64,000 nt of DNA, taken from the IMG/VR virus record IMGVR_UViG_3300030102_007626, positions 1 through 64,000 of that record; one strand, written 5' to 3'. The position numbers and the translations under genes are program-made. This stretch comes from a virus. How positions within the stretch are numbered: position 1 is the stretch's first letter; each line of letters begins with the position of its first letter. The notes below the pieces were generated by a model that had not been told where the DNA came from, did not search any database, and saw only the letters and a list, made by a program, of their open reading frames with translations. Of the stretch, positions 1 through 8,771 are shown piece after piece.

Positions 1-1392
1 TTTTTAGCTGAAGCAAAGAAAGAATATTTTGATGATGAAAAAGCTGAACTTAAGAAAACTTCAAAACAAGTAGAAGAAGATGCTGAAAAGAATTTTGATT
101 ATGAGGATAAGAAAAATCCTGATAATTTAATCTTTGATCAGATTATGAAAGGATACTACACTGAAATGAAGGATCCTAAAAATGAAAGCAAAACAATGGA
201 ACAGTTAAAAGCCATTGTAATTAAAAATCTAGAAAAAAATCCTACATATTACACTGAAAAAGGTCAGTTTGGTGTAAAAGATTTAGGATATACGATGGAC
301 GCACCTGGTTTAGGTGAACCAAAAGAACCTAAAGGTAAATATAAATCTTCTGGATATGGTAATTTAAATGAAAATAAAGAACCAATTAATGAAGAAGATC
401 AAATTCGTAAAGTAGTTCGTTCTATAATTAATGAAGAATTAGAAGAAGGATATGCTGATGGAGAAATGGGCGCTTACCAACTCCCAGAACCCAGACATAT
501 TAAAAATCCCCAAGATATGGAAACTTACTTAAATGCTATTAAAGGCATGAAAAAAGTAGAAGCTATAGAATATTTAGGTGAGGAAGGATTATCTAGTTCT
601 ATGGTAATGAAAGTTCTTAATAAAGCGGATCGAATGGGTATGTTTGATGTTCAAGACATGTTTGATGTAAACCCAACAATACGAGGTGATGTATTTGAAG
701 ATAAAGAGGATGATGGATTTGATGAAATTTGGGAAAAATTTAAAAAAGATCTTAGAAAAAGAATGGGTCAACCTGAATCACCTAAAAATGAATCATTAAA
801 CGAATCTAAAATTCGAAAAGTAATTAAAGAAAATGTTCATAAAGAATTAGCTGAAATTAATAAGTTAGCTGAATACGAAGTATACGAATCTAAGTTAGCT
901 AAAATTAATGAATTAATTGAAAAGAAAAGTTCATTTCTTGAAAGAATTAACGAAGACGAAGCTATGAAAGCTTTAACTGATAAAAAGAAAGTTAAAGAAC
1001 TCCAAAAAGAAGTTAAAATTTTAGAAAGAGCTAAAGCTAAAATTGAAAAAGCACTTGCTAAAGAAGCTAAAAAAATAAAATCTGTTCCTAAAAAAGAAGT
1101 AATTGATGAAGATGACACTAAAAATGCAGATGATAGAAAAAAAGATTTAGATGATATTAAAAAATCAAAAGAAGAAATAGCTGCTATTGAAATGTTTAAA
1201 GAAGATGATGATACACCTAAAGAAGAAGAAATGGCCGCAGATGCACCTGTTGATTATGACAAAGCTAGAGAAGAAGCTATAGCTAGATATGATGCTGGAG
1301 AAGAACTAGATTCAATACTATTAGATTACCCAAAGCATAGAAACACACTTGAAAGGGATATTTTAGGCCAAAATGATGGGATGGACTTTTAA
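1..1392 (+). CDS. Acidic coiled-coil head-associated protein (5' truncated by window edge)
   Basis: Frame is open from base 1, before the ORF-track start at 145. E/K-rich, with repeated L/I-x-E motifs (LNE, INE, LEE); directly upstream of the prohead protease. Confidence 0.55.
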   Translation, partial: FLAEAKKEYFDDEKAELKKTSKQVEEDAEKNFDYEDKKNPDNLIFDQIMKGYYTEMKDPKNESKTMEQLKAIVIKNLEKNPTYYTEKGQFGVKDLGYTMDAPGLGEPKEPKGKYKSSGYGNLNENKEPINEEDQIRKVVRSIINEELEEGYADGEMGAYQLPEPRHIKNPQDMETYLNAIKGMKKVEAIEYLGEEGLSSSMVMKVLNKADRMGMFDVQDMFDVNPTIRGDVFEDKEDDGFDEIWEKFKKDLRKRMGQPESPKNESLNESKIRKVIKENVHKELAEINKLAEYEVYESKLAKINELIEKKSSFLERINEDEAMKALTDKKKVKELQKEVKILERAKAKIEKALAKEAKKIKSVPKKEVIDEDDTKNADDRKKDLDDIKKSKEEIAAIEMFKEDDDTPKEEEMAADAPVDYDKAREEAIARYDAGEELDSILLDYPKHRNTLERDILGQNDGMDF

Positions 1393-1401
1393 TACATAAT
1401 C

Positions 1402-2034
1402 ATGAACAAAGAACTCTTAATAGAAACTAGACAATTTAAACCAAGTCCTGTTCGACTTGTAGAAGGACTAAACAGAGGCGGAAACATTTTTGTTGAAGGT
1501 ATTTTAGCAACTGTTGAGGTTAAAAATGGTAATGGTAGATATTACAAAAAAGAGTTATGGGAGCGTGAAATTAATAATTTTCAAAGAAAAATAGACCAAA
1601 AATCAACTGAAACGTGTGGTGAATTAGATCATCCTGATTCTCAAGTAATAAATTTAAAAAATGCATCACACGCTATTAGAGAAGTAAGGTGGAGTGGTGA
1701 TGAAATAGTAGGTAAAGTAGAAATATTTTGTGATGAAGGACCACTTGGAACTGAATCTGGTCGTATAGCAGGAGCATTAGTTAAAAACGGTTTAATTATA
1801 GGTATATCTTCTCGTGGAATGGGTTCATTAAAACAAATGGGAGAAGTAATGGAAGTACAAGATGACTTTGAATTACTTACTTGGGATTTAGTATCTAATC
1901 CATCAAACCCAGATTCTTGGATGAAAAATGGTCAACTAAATGAATCTAGATCTACATTTCTTCATCCATATGCGCGCACTAATTCAATTATTACCGAAAT
2001 ATTATGCGCTAAGGGCACCTGTCCTGTAATGTAG
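1402..2034 (+). CDS. gp21: Prohead maturation protease (T4 gp21-like)
   Basis: Motifs NGNGRYY, GELDHP, GISSRGMGS and WDLVSNPS; lies upstream of scaffold and capsid genes. Confidence 0.93.
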   Translation: MNKELLIETRQFKPSPVRLVEGLNRGGNIFVEGILATVEVKNGNGRYYKKELWEREINNFQRKIDQKSTETCGELDHPDSQVINLKNASHAIREVRWSGDEIVGKVEIFCDEGPLGTESGRIAGALVKNGLIIGISSRGMGSLKQMGEVMEVQDDFELLTWDLVSNPSNPDSWMKNGQLNESRSTFLHPYARTNSIITEILCAKGTCPVM

Positions 2035-2051
2035 TGCGACTTTGATTCCTC

Positions 2052-2161
2052 CTCATATATGTATATGAGAATATGCCACGATTCTATGTGGTATCACAAT
2101 TAATTATTCTATTACGTTTTTTAAATAAACGTACTTTCCCAACAAAATAAAATTTAGGAAA
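2052..2161 (+). promoter_or_regulatory. Late-type promoter inside a palindrome, plus structured 5' leader of the scaffold/capsid operon
   Basis: CTCATATA-TG-TATATGAG palindrome contains TATGTATA. Further stems: ATGCCAC/GTGGTAT, TACGTTT/AAACGTA, TTTCC/GGAAA. Confidence 0.5.
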
Positions 2162-2162
2162 A

Positions 2163-3806
2163 ATGGCAACAAACAGAGATTTGCTTAAAGAAGCAATCGC
2201 AGATGCTAAAGCCGTAAAAGAAATGGCAATAGCAAACGCTAAGACAGCTCTAGAAGAAGCCTTCACACCTCGTTTAAAAGAAATGTTATCTGCAAAAATC
2301 CAAGAAATGGAATATGAAGAAGATGATGTTAAAGAAATGATGTACGACGAAGATGACGATTCTAAAAAAATGGAAGAAGAAATGAAGTACGACGAAGACG
2401 ATTCTAAAGTGGATGAAGCAAAAGAAGAAGTTGAAGAAGCTGGATTTGAACCAATGATAGCTGCAGACGACGACCAAGGATTTGATTCATTAAAAGGAAA
2501 TATTCCTGAAGGTGAAAAAGATTTAGACGAGATGAATTTGGAAGAACTATTAGCTGAATTAGAAGAAGAAGAAAAAGGTGAAGTGGATGAAGGAAAAAAA
2601 TCCGACGACAAAGATGATGTCAAAGAAGGCATGTACATGGAAGATGACGATGACATGGCTGATGGCGACATGGATGGAGAAGGTGAACCACTTGATCTTG
2701 AAGACATGACCGATGAAGACCTTAAGAAAATGATCGAAGACGTAATCGCTGACATGATTGAATCAGGGGAACTTGAAGCAGGTGAAGGCGCTGAAGACGA
2801 CATGGATGAAGAAGGTGGAGAAATGAAAATGTCTGATGAAGAAGAAGTTGATTTAACAGAATTGTTAAAAGAAATTGAAGAAGAAATGTTAACAGAAGAA
2901 TCTGTTCTTGATACTAGTGATAGTGAGCTTAAAGCAGCAGCAGATAAAATCGCTAAAGCTTTTGACTCTGGAAAACTAGATCCAGAAGATCTTCCTACAG
3001 AGGATGAAGTTGAAAAAGTAATTACACCTTCTGATGTAGCTGATATAAAGAGTAATTTAGAAGAAGCTCTTATGTTACATGAAGGAGATGAAGCTACTAT
3101 CAACGAAGAAAAAGAAAAAGCTAAAGCTGCAATTGATGCAGAAATTCGACAACTTGCAAAAACTAAAAAAATAGCTAAAATAGCTAAAATTGCTGGACTT
3201 TCAACCGCGGTTGTTGCAGGATTAGTAGCTTTTACATTCCTTCCAGCAGTAGCAGCTGCAGGAGCAGCAGCTTCTGTACTTTCTAAAGGTGCTATGACAG
3301 CAGCTGGTGTTAAAATGGCTACAGCAGCAGGAGTTGCGGGTGCAGGATTAGCAGTAGGAACAGCTGGTGCTGCTAAAGAGTTTAGTACAAAAGGAAGAAG
3401 AAGAGATCTTCAAAGAGCAAAAGCTAAGCTAGAAGAAGAACTTTATGAAGCTAAAGCTGAAATTGAATCTTTAAAATCTGACTTAAATGAAGCTGTTAAA
3501 GAAACTAATGCAACTAATTTATTAAATGCAAAACTTCTTTATACAAACAAAATTTTCAAGGCTAAAAACTTGAATGAAAGTCAAAAAGTAAAAGTATTGA
3601 GTTCGTTTGACAAAGCAAATACAACTAAGGAAGCTAAGTTGATATATGAAACTTTAAACGAAGGTTTAAAAGTTAAAAAATCAACTATTAAAGAAAACTT
3701 AGGTAGAGCTTCTAAAGCGACAACAATACCAACAACTAAAAAACCAATTGTTGAATCTAACGAAGTATTCGCTAGAATGCAAAAATTGGCAGGTATTATT
3801 AAATAA
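2163..3806 (+). CDS. Prohead core/scaffolding protein (gp22-like) with an internal hydrophobic insertion
   Basis: Very acidic D/E-rich coiled coil between protease and MCP; C-terminal LLNAKLLY...RMQKLAGI. Confidence 0.8.
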   Translation: MATNRDLLKEAIADAKAVKEMAIANAKTALEEAFTPRLKEMLSAKIQEMEYEEDDVKEMMYDEDDDSKKMEEEMKYDEDDSKVDEAKEEVEEAGFEPMIAADDDQGFDSLKGNIPEGEKDLDEMNLEELLAELEEEEKGEVDEGKKSDDKDDVKEGMYMEDDDDMADGDMDGEGEPLDLEDMTDEDLKKMIEDVIADMIESGELEAGEGAEDDMDEEGGEMKMSDEEEVDLTELLKEIEEEMLTEESVLDTSDSELKAAADKIAKAFDSGKLDPEDLPTEDEVEKVITPSDVADIKSNLEEALMLHEGDEATINEEKEKAKAAIDAEIRQLAKTKKIAKIAKIAGLSTAVVAGLVAFTFLPAVAAAGAAASVLSKGAMTAAGVKMATAAGVAGAGLAVGTAGAAKEFSTKGRRRDLQRAKAKLEEELYEAKAEIESLKSDLNEAVKETNATNLLNAKLLYTNKIFKAKNLNESQKVKVLSSFDKANTTKEAKLIYETLNEGLKVKKSTIKENLGRASKATTIPTTKKPIVESNEVFARMQKLAGIIK

Positions 3807-3832
3807 TTTAAAAACGACAAAAACTTAAACAA

Positions 3833-5521
3833 ATGTCAACAATTAATTCATTACTCGAAAACTCTGCAAATAGTTATAAAAACTTGCAGAGCGATGCTGC
3901 TAAAATGGCATCAAAATGGGGTAAAACCGGATTGTTAGAAGGTCTCGATGGCGAGATTGCAAAAAACAATATGGCGATGATCCTCGAAAACCAAGCTAAA
4001 CAGCTTGTAACTGAAGCGTCCGCTACTAGCCAAAATGGAGGTTCGTTTACACAAGGACAAGGTGAGCAATGGGCTGGAGTAGCGCTTCCATTGGTAAGAA
4101 AAGTATTTGGATCTTTATCAACTAAAGAATTCATGTCTGTTCAACCAATGAACCTACCTTCAGGTCTTGTATTCTTCCTTGACTTCCAGTATGGACAAAA
4201 TAAAAATGCACCACAAAATGGATTTGGTGGTGGAAATGGGGATGCTTACACAGGTACAGATTCAATGTATGGTAATACAGACCCAGGTGCTACTAATGAC
4301 CCAGAAGGTGGTCTTTATGGTGCTGGTAGGTTTGCTTATTCAATTAATCAAACTTCCTCTACTATTACAGCTGCTAACATTACAGAAGCAACAGCTTCTT
4401 GGTCAGATGTACAGTATGATTCATCACTTTCTGCTTCAATCGCAGCAGGTGGTCTTACTAAAATTACAGTAGTAGGTCCTCAAAGATTTGATGCTAAAGG
4501 AGTTAGAGCATTTGCAATGGCTTCAGGTTCAACTCTTACAACTGGTACACAAGGTATTGCATTACCCAAGTTTACTACAACAGATGGAACTAATATTTCA
4601 TTTATTTATAGTAACCCAGTTGATGGTGCTAATGTACCACAAAAGGATACAGATTTAAATACATTATTCTATAATGTACAACCAACTGATAACAACAGAG
4701 GTGATTTTGAAGATGCTAGTGGAGCTGGATTCCCTAATGCTGAATCAACAGCTGCTGATCAATTAGCGATCCCTCAAATTGATATCAAAATGAAATCTGA
4801 GGCTATTGTTGCCAAAACTCGTAAGTTGAAAGCACAATGGACACCAGAATTTGCTCAAGATTTGAACGCTTACCAATCTTTGGATGCTGAAGCGGAATTA
4901 ACTTCAATCATGAGTGAGTATATTTCATTAGAAATTGATTTAGAAAACTTGGATATGTTAATTCAAGACGCTTCTGCTGCTGATGAGTACTGGTATGCTA
5001 CATCAAACAGAGCATTAAATTCTGATAAAACAGGATATGATAATCTAGGATTTTTTAACACACAAGGACAATGGTTCCAAACTTTAGGAACTAAATTCCA
5101 AAAAGTGTCTAATAAAATTCACCAAAAGACTCTTAGAGGTGGTGCTAATTTCTTAGTATGTTCTCCAACAGTAGGTACAGTCTTAGAATCAATTCCTGGA
5201 TTTGCTTCAACATCTGATGGTGATACTGCTAAAATGTCTTATGCATTTGGTATCCAAAAAGCAGGTAACTTGAATAACCGTTATACGGTTTATAAGAACC
5301 CATACATGACTGAAAATGTAATCCTAATGGGTTATAGAGGTTCTCAATTCTTGGAAACAGGAGCAGTATTTGCCCCATATGTTCCATTAATTATGACTCC
5401 TCTAGTATACGATCCAGATACATTTACACCACGTAAAGGTCTCTTGACTCGTTACGCGAAGAAGATGATTCGACCTGAATTCTATGGACGTGTCTTCGTA
5501 AATGATTTACATACTCTATAA
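3833..5521 (+). CDS. gp23: Major capsid protein (T4 gp23-like)
   Basis: Motifs SVQPMNLPSGLVFFL, KTRKLKAQWTPEFAQDL, DAEAELTSIMSEYISLEID, FAPYVPL, DPDTFTPRKGLLTRYA. Confidence 0.96.
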   Translation: MSTINSLLENSANSYKNLQSDAAKMASKWGKTGLLEGLDGEIAKNNMAMILENQAKQLVTEASATSQNGGSFTQGQGEQWAGVALPLVRKVFGSLSTKEFMSVQPMNLPSGLVFFLDFQYGQNKNAPQNGFGGGNGDAYTGTDSMYGNTDPGATNDPEGGLYGAGRFAYSINQTSSTITAANITEATASWSDVQYDSSLSASIAAGGLTKITVVGPQRFDAKGVRAFAMASGSTLTTGTQGIALPKFTTTDGTNISFIYSNPVDGANVPQKDTDLNTLFYNVQPTDNNRGDFEDASGAGFPNAESTAADQLAIPQIDIKMKSEAIVAKTRKLKAQWTPEFAQDLNAYQSLDAEAELTSIMSEYISLEIDLENLDMLIQDASAADEYWYATSNRALNSDKTGYDNLGFFNTQGQWFQTLGTKFQKVSNKIHQKTLRGGANFLVCSPTVGTVLESIPGFASTSDGDTAKMSYAFGIQKAGNLNNRYTVYKNPYMTENVILMGYRGSQFLETGAVFAPYVPLIMTPLVYDPDTFTPRKGLLTRYAKKMIRPEFYGRVFVNDLHTL

Positions 5522-5545
5522 GAGCATAAATCATAAAGATTAAAG

Positions 5546-5573
5546 AAGCCTGACAAAAGTCAGGCTTTTTTTT
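5546..5573 (+). terminator. Rho-independent terminator after MCP
   Basis: AAGCCTGAC-AAAA-GTCAGGCTT followed by a T-run. Confidence 0.9.
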
Positions 5574-5598
5574 ATATTTATTACCAAATGTTACAGTA

Positions 5599-6261
5599 AT
5601 GGCTAAACCAAATATAGAAAAAACTCCACCTAAAGGAGCAGTTAAGTTTTCAATAACACTTTCTGAAGAACAAAAAGCAGCAAAACAAGCTATACTCCAC
5701 CACCCATATAATTTTATTGTAGGTAAAGCAGGTAGTGGTAAAACTTTATTAGCATGTCAAATAGCTTTAGATATGTTTTTTAAAAGAGAAATAAATAAAA
5801 TTATAATTACTAGACCTACAGTTTCTACTGAAGACAATGGTTTTTTACCTGGTGATGAAAGAGAAAAAATGGAACCTTGGTTAGTACCTATTCGTTCTAA
5901 TATGAGAAAAGTTTATAATAAACCTGCTATATTAGAAAAAATGGAAGCAGATGAAAACGTTGAATTAGTATCTTTAGCTCACTTTAGAGGTAGAACATTT
6001 GAAAATTCTATAGTAATAGTAGATGAATTTCAAAATTTAACTCGTTCTCAATTTAAAATGGCTTTAGGAAGAATTGGAAAAGGATCAACAATGATATTTT
6101 GTGGTGATAATCAACAAATTGATTTAAAAGATCAAAACTATTCAGCTATCCATGATCTTCCTAAAATTGGTGATTCACAATATGTTTATAAAAGAGTTTT
6201 ACAAGATAATCATCGTCATGAAGCAATAGATGAAATATTTGAAATGCTAAATGGAATGTAA
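5599..6261 (+). CDS. phoH: PhoH-family ATPase
   Basis: GKAGSGKT, ITRP, GFLPG, RGRTF, DEFQN, GDxxQID, NHRH. Confidence 0.93.
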   Translation: MAKPNIEKTPPKGAVKFSITLSEEQKAAKQAILHHPYNFIVGKAGSGKTLLACQIALDMFFKREINKIIITRPTVSTEDNGFLPGDEREKMEPWLVPIRSNMRKVYNKPAILEKMEADENVELVSLAHFRGRTFENSIVIVDEFQNLTRSQFKMALGRIGKGSTMIFCGDNQQIDLKDQNYSAIHDLPKIGDSQYVYKRVLQDNHRHEAIDEIFEMLNGM

Positions 6262-6281
6262 TTTTTTTTAATATTTTTTTA

Positions 6282-6289
6282 TATTTATA
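6282..6289 (+). promoter_or_regulatory. Late-type promoter motif TATTTATA (representative copy)
   Basis: Same motif recurs in about 18 intergenic gaps just upstream of start codons (listed in findings). Confidence 0.7.
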
Positions 6290-6298
6290 ATAAAATAA

Positions 6299-6697
6299 AT
6301 GGCTGCAGGAAGATATTCTTTTGTAATAGAACAAGGTGCTACTACAGATTTTGAAATACAATACAAAGATTCTAATAATAACCCTATAGACTTATCAGAT
6401 TATACAGGTAGATTACAAATACGATCTACTTTTGCTCAAGATAGTGGTGTACTTTTTTTAACATTATCCTCTTCAAGAAACCCAGACGGAACAGGTTTAA
6501 ATTTTAGTGGATCAAATGGTACAACTCCTCCTACCTCTGGTTCAATTGGTATTTTTATTGCAGCATGCACCAGTTCAGCTTTAACTTTTAATGAAGCTAA
6601 ATATGATTTAGAAATTTATTCAGGAAGTGGACATTGTCCTTTTACAGTAAGATTATTAGAAGGAAACGTAAAATTAAGTAAAGAAGTAACCACTTAA
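6299..6697 (+). CDS. Virion structural protein (BppU-N/Ig-like adaptor type)
   Basis: IEQGATxxF...PIDLSDYTGRLQIR...YDLEI...RLLEG pattern typical of phage fibre adaptor proteins. Confidence 0.55.
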   Translation: MAAGRYSFVIEQGATTDFEIQYKDSNNNPIDLSDYTGRLQIRSTFAQDSGVLFLTLSSSRNPDGTGLNFSGSNGTTPPTSGSIGIFIAACTSSALTFNEAKYDLEIYSGSGHCPFTVRLLEGNVKLSKEVTT

Positions 6698-6698
6698 T

Positions 6699-8756
6699 AT
6701 GAGAACTATTATAGTAAATACTGAAGGACCAAGAGGTTCTGCAGGACCTGTAGGACCTCAAGGTAATCCCGGACCTTCAGGATCTGGAGGGTTTTTATTC
6801 CCAGAAACCTATGGTGCTAGTGGTGATGGTATAACAAATGATACTAATGCTTTACAAAATGTTTTTAGTGCTTCTAGATCAACTCAAACTCCTGTTTATT
6901 TAAAAAATATTTACCACATTAGTGAATCTATTAATGTAACAGATACTGTAGTATATAGTGGTCCACTATCTAAAATAATTGCTAATACAACAGATTTTGT
7001 TTTATTTGCAACAGGAAGTAGATCTTTAAGGTATGATACTACACATGATATTTTAAGGGGGCATTCTACTGCATCTATAAACCCTATAACTTTATCTCAA
7101 TTAAACTTAAAACAAGGTGATTTAATTAAAGTTACATCTGATAGGGCATTTAATACAGGATCAGGTGAAGGTGGAAAACAAGGGGAAATCCAAAGAGTTT
7201 TTGAAACAGGCTCTTCAGGTGATATTAAAATATACGGTTTTTGGGAAGATACTTATTTATCTTTATCGGGTGCAAATATTTCTAAAATAACCTCAGGGAA
7301 ATTTGAAACTGTTGGTGTTTTAAATATAGAACAGGGGGGACAAAGTAATTCTCAAGGTATACAACTTCAATATTTAGACTCTCCAAGAGTTGATGTTAAA
7401 ATTACTAATGCTATAGAAAGATCATTACAAATTATAGACTGTTATGCCCCAGTAATTCATGTAAATAATTATGGTGCTAATAAAGAAGGGACTGGATATG
7501 GTGTTTCTATAAATAATGCAAACATGTATGGTACTTTTAGTGGTAAAAGTGAAAGTAACAGACATTCCATTACATTTGGAACAAACTCTGATAGAGGAGT
7601 AGGATGGGGAAATAAAATTATTAATTTTACAGGTAAATCTCATACTTCATCTTCTATATTTGATTCCCATGCTACTTGTGGATCAGTTTATTTTAATAAT
7701 TGTACAGCAATTGGAGGAACAAATAGGCATGGAGAACCTGTTCCATCAGCTTTCCCAAATGGGTTTAGTATAGAAGGTAGAACTACTTATATTACAAACT
7801 GTAATGTAAAAGATTGTTATGGAGGTGCTTTAACTGGAGATTATAATGGTATTCAAGAAATACATATTAAAGGATTAAATTTAGAAAATTGCACAATAGG
7901 ATTTTCAGCTGTAGGAACTGAAGTTGAAAGATTAACTGTTGAAGATATTAATATATATAATTCAACATTTGATGCTAATAGTATAGGTTTAAATATATCA
8001 TCTATTACTTCATCATTTGTTAATATAAAAAATTGTAATACATATAATATCAGATGTGGTATTAATTTAAACAATAATAATTTAATAAATGGTTTAAATG
8101 AGTTTAGAATAGAAAATTTAAAAACAATATACTCTATCCCATCTTCTGAAACTACAGGGTTTTATTCAGCTTTACGTTTATATGATGACACACCTGTTAC
8201 TTTAACAAATTGTGAAACTAATGCACCAAGACTTCTTATAACAGATAATGGATTAAATTTAAAACAACTTAATTTAAGTAATTGTAAAGTATATGATTCC
8301 TATAATGTACCTATACTTTTACAATCTCCCATAGAAAATCTAAATATTCAAAATTGTTATTTTAGTGGATCTCAAGAAAATGGGTATTTTTTACAAGCTA
8401 ATATAGGAGCCAATATTGCAGATTTTACTTTTGTAAATAATACATTAGTAGGAGACGGAGCTAAAATAAGAGGAGCTTATATCCATCCTTCAAATACTTT
8501 TACTAATTTTTTTGATTCTGGAAATAATTTAAGTATAGCAACCCCTATATCTATTACTTCAACTGGAAAACAACCTACTTATTGGATTATAGAAGGTAAT
8601 ATACATGAACCCTTAAAATTAAAAGGAACATCAGCTCCTGAAGGGGTAGTTACTGCAAATATAGGAACGATGTTTGTAAACCTTTCAGGAGGATCGAATA
8701 CAACTTTATTTATTAAAGAAAGTGGAACTGGAAATACTGGATGGGTAGGAATATAG
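6699..8756 (+). CDS. Tailspike-like right-handed beta-helix protein, putative polysaccharide depolymerase
   Basis: N-terminal collagen GXY repeats; YGASGDGITNDTNALQ pectate-lyase-superfamily start; N/I-rich helix rungs; C-terminal APEGVVTANIG...KESGTGNTGW motif. Confidence 0.75.
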   Translation: MRTIIVNTEGPRGSAGPVGPQGNPGPSGSGGFLFPETYGASGDGITNDTNALQNVFSASRSTQTPVYLKNIYHISESINVTDTVVYSGPLSKIIANTTDFVLFATGSRSLRYDTTHDILRGHSTASINPITLSQLNLKQGDLIKVTSDRAFNTGSGEGGKQGEIQRVFETGSSGDIKIYGFWEDTYLSLSGANISKITSGKFETVGVLNIEQGGQSNSQGIQLQYLDSPRVDVKITNAIERSLQIIDCYAPVIHVNNYGANKEGTGYGVSINNANMYGTFSGKSESNRHSITFGTNSDRGVGWGNKIINFTGKSHTSSSIFDSHATCGSVYFNNCTAIGGTNRHGEPVPSAFPNGFSIEGRTTYITNCNVKDCYGGALTGDYNGIQEIHIKGLNLENCTIGFSAVGTEVERLTVEDINIYNSTFDANSIGLNISSITSSFVNIKNCNTYNIRCGINLNNNNLINGLNEFRIENLKTIYSIPSSETTGFYSALRLYDDTPVTLTNCETNAPRLLITDNGLNLKQLNLSNCKVYDSYNVPILLQSPIENLNIQNCYFSGSQENGYFLQANIGANIADFTFVNNTLVGDGAKIRGAYIHPSNTFTNFFDSGNNLSIATPISITSTGKQPTYWIIEGNIHEPLKLKGTSAPEGVVTANIGTMFVNLSGGSNTTLFIKESGTGNTGWVGI

Positions 8757-8771
8757 AATATTTATTAGTAT

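Noticed and set aside
2084-3103. 339-aa Ser-rich minus-strand ORF
   Set aside because: Antisense shadow of GAA/GAT-rich scaffold codons; no independent signals.
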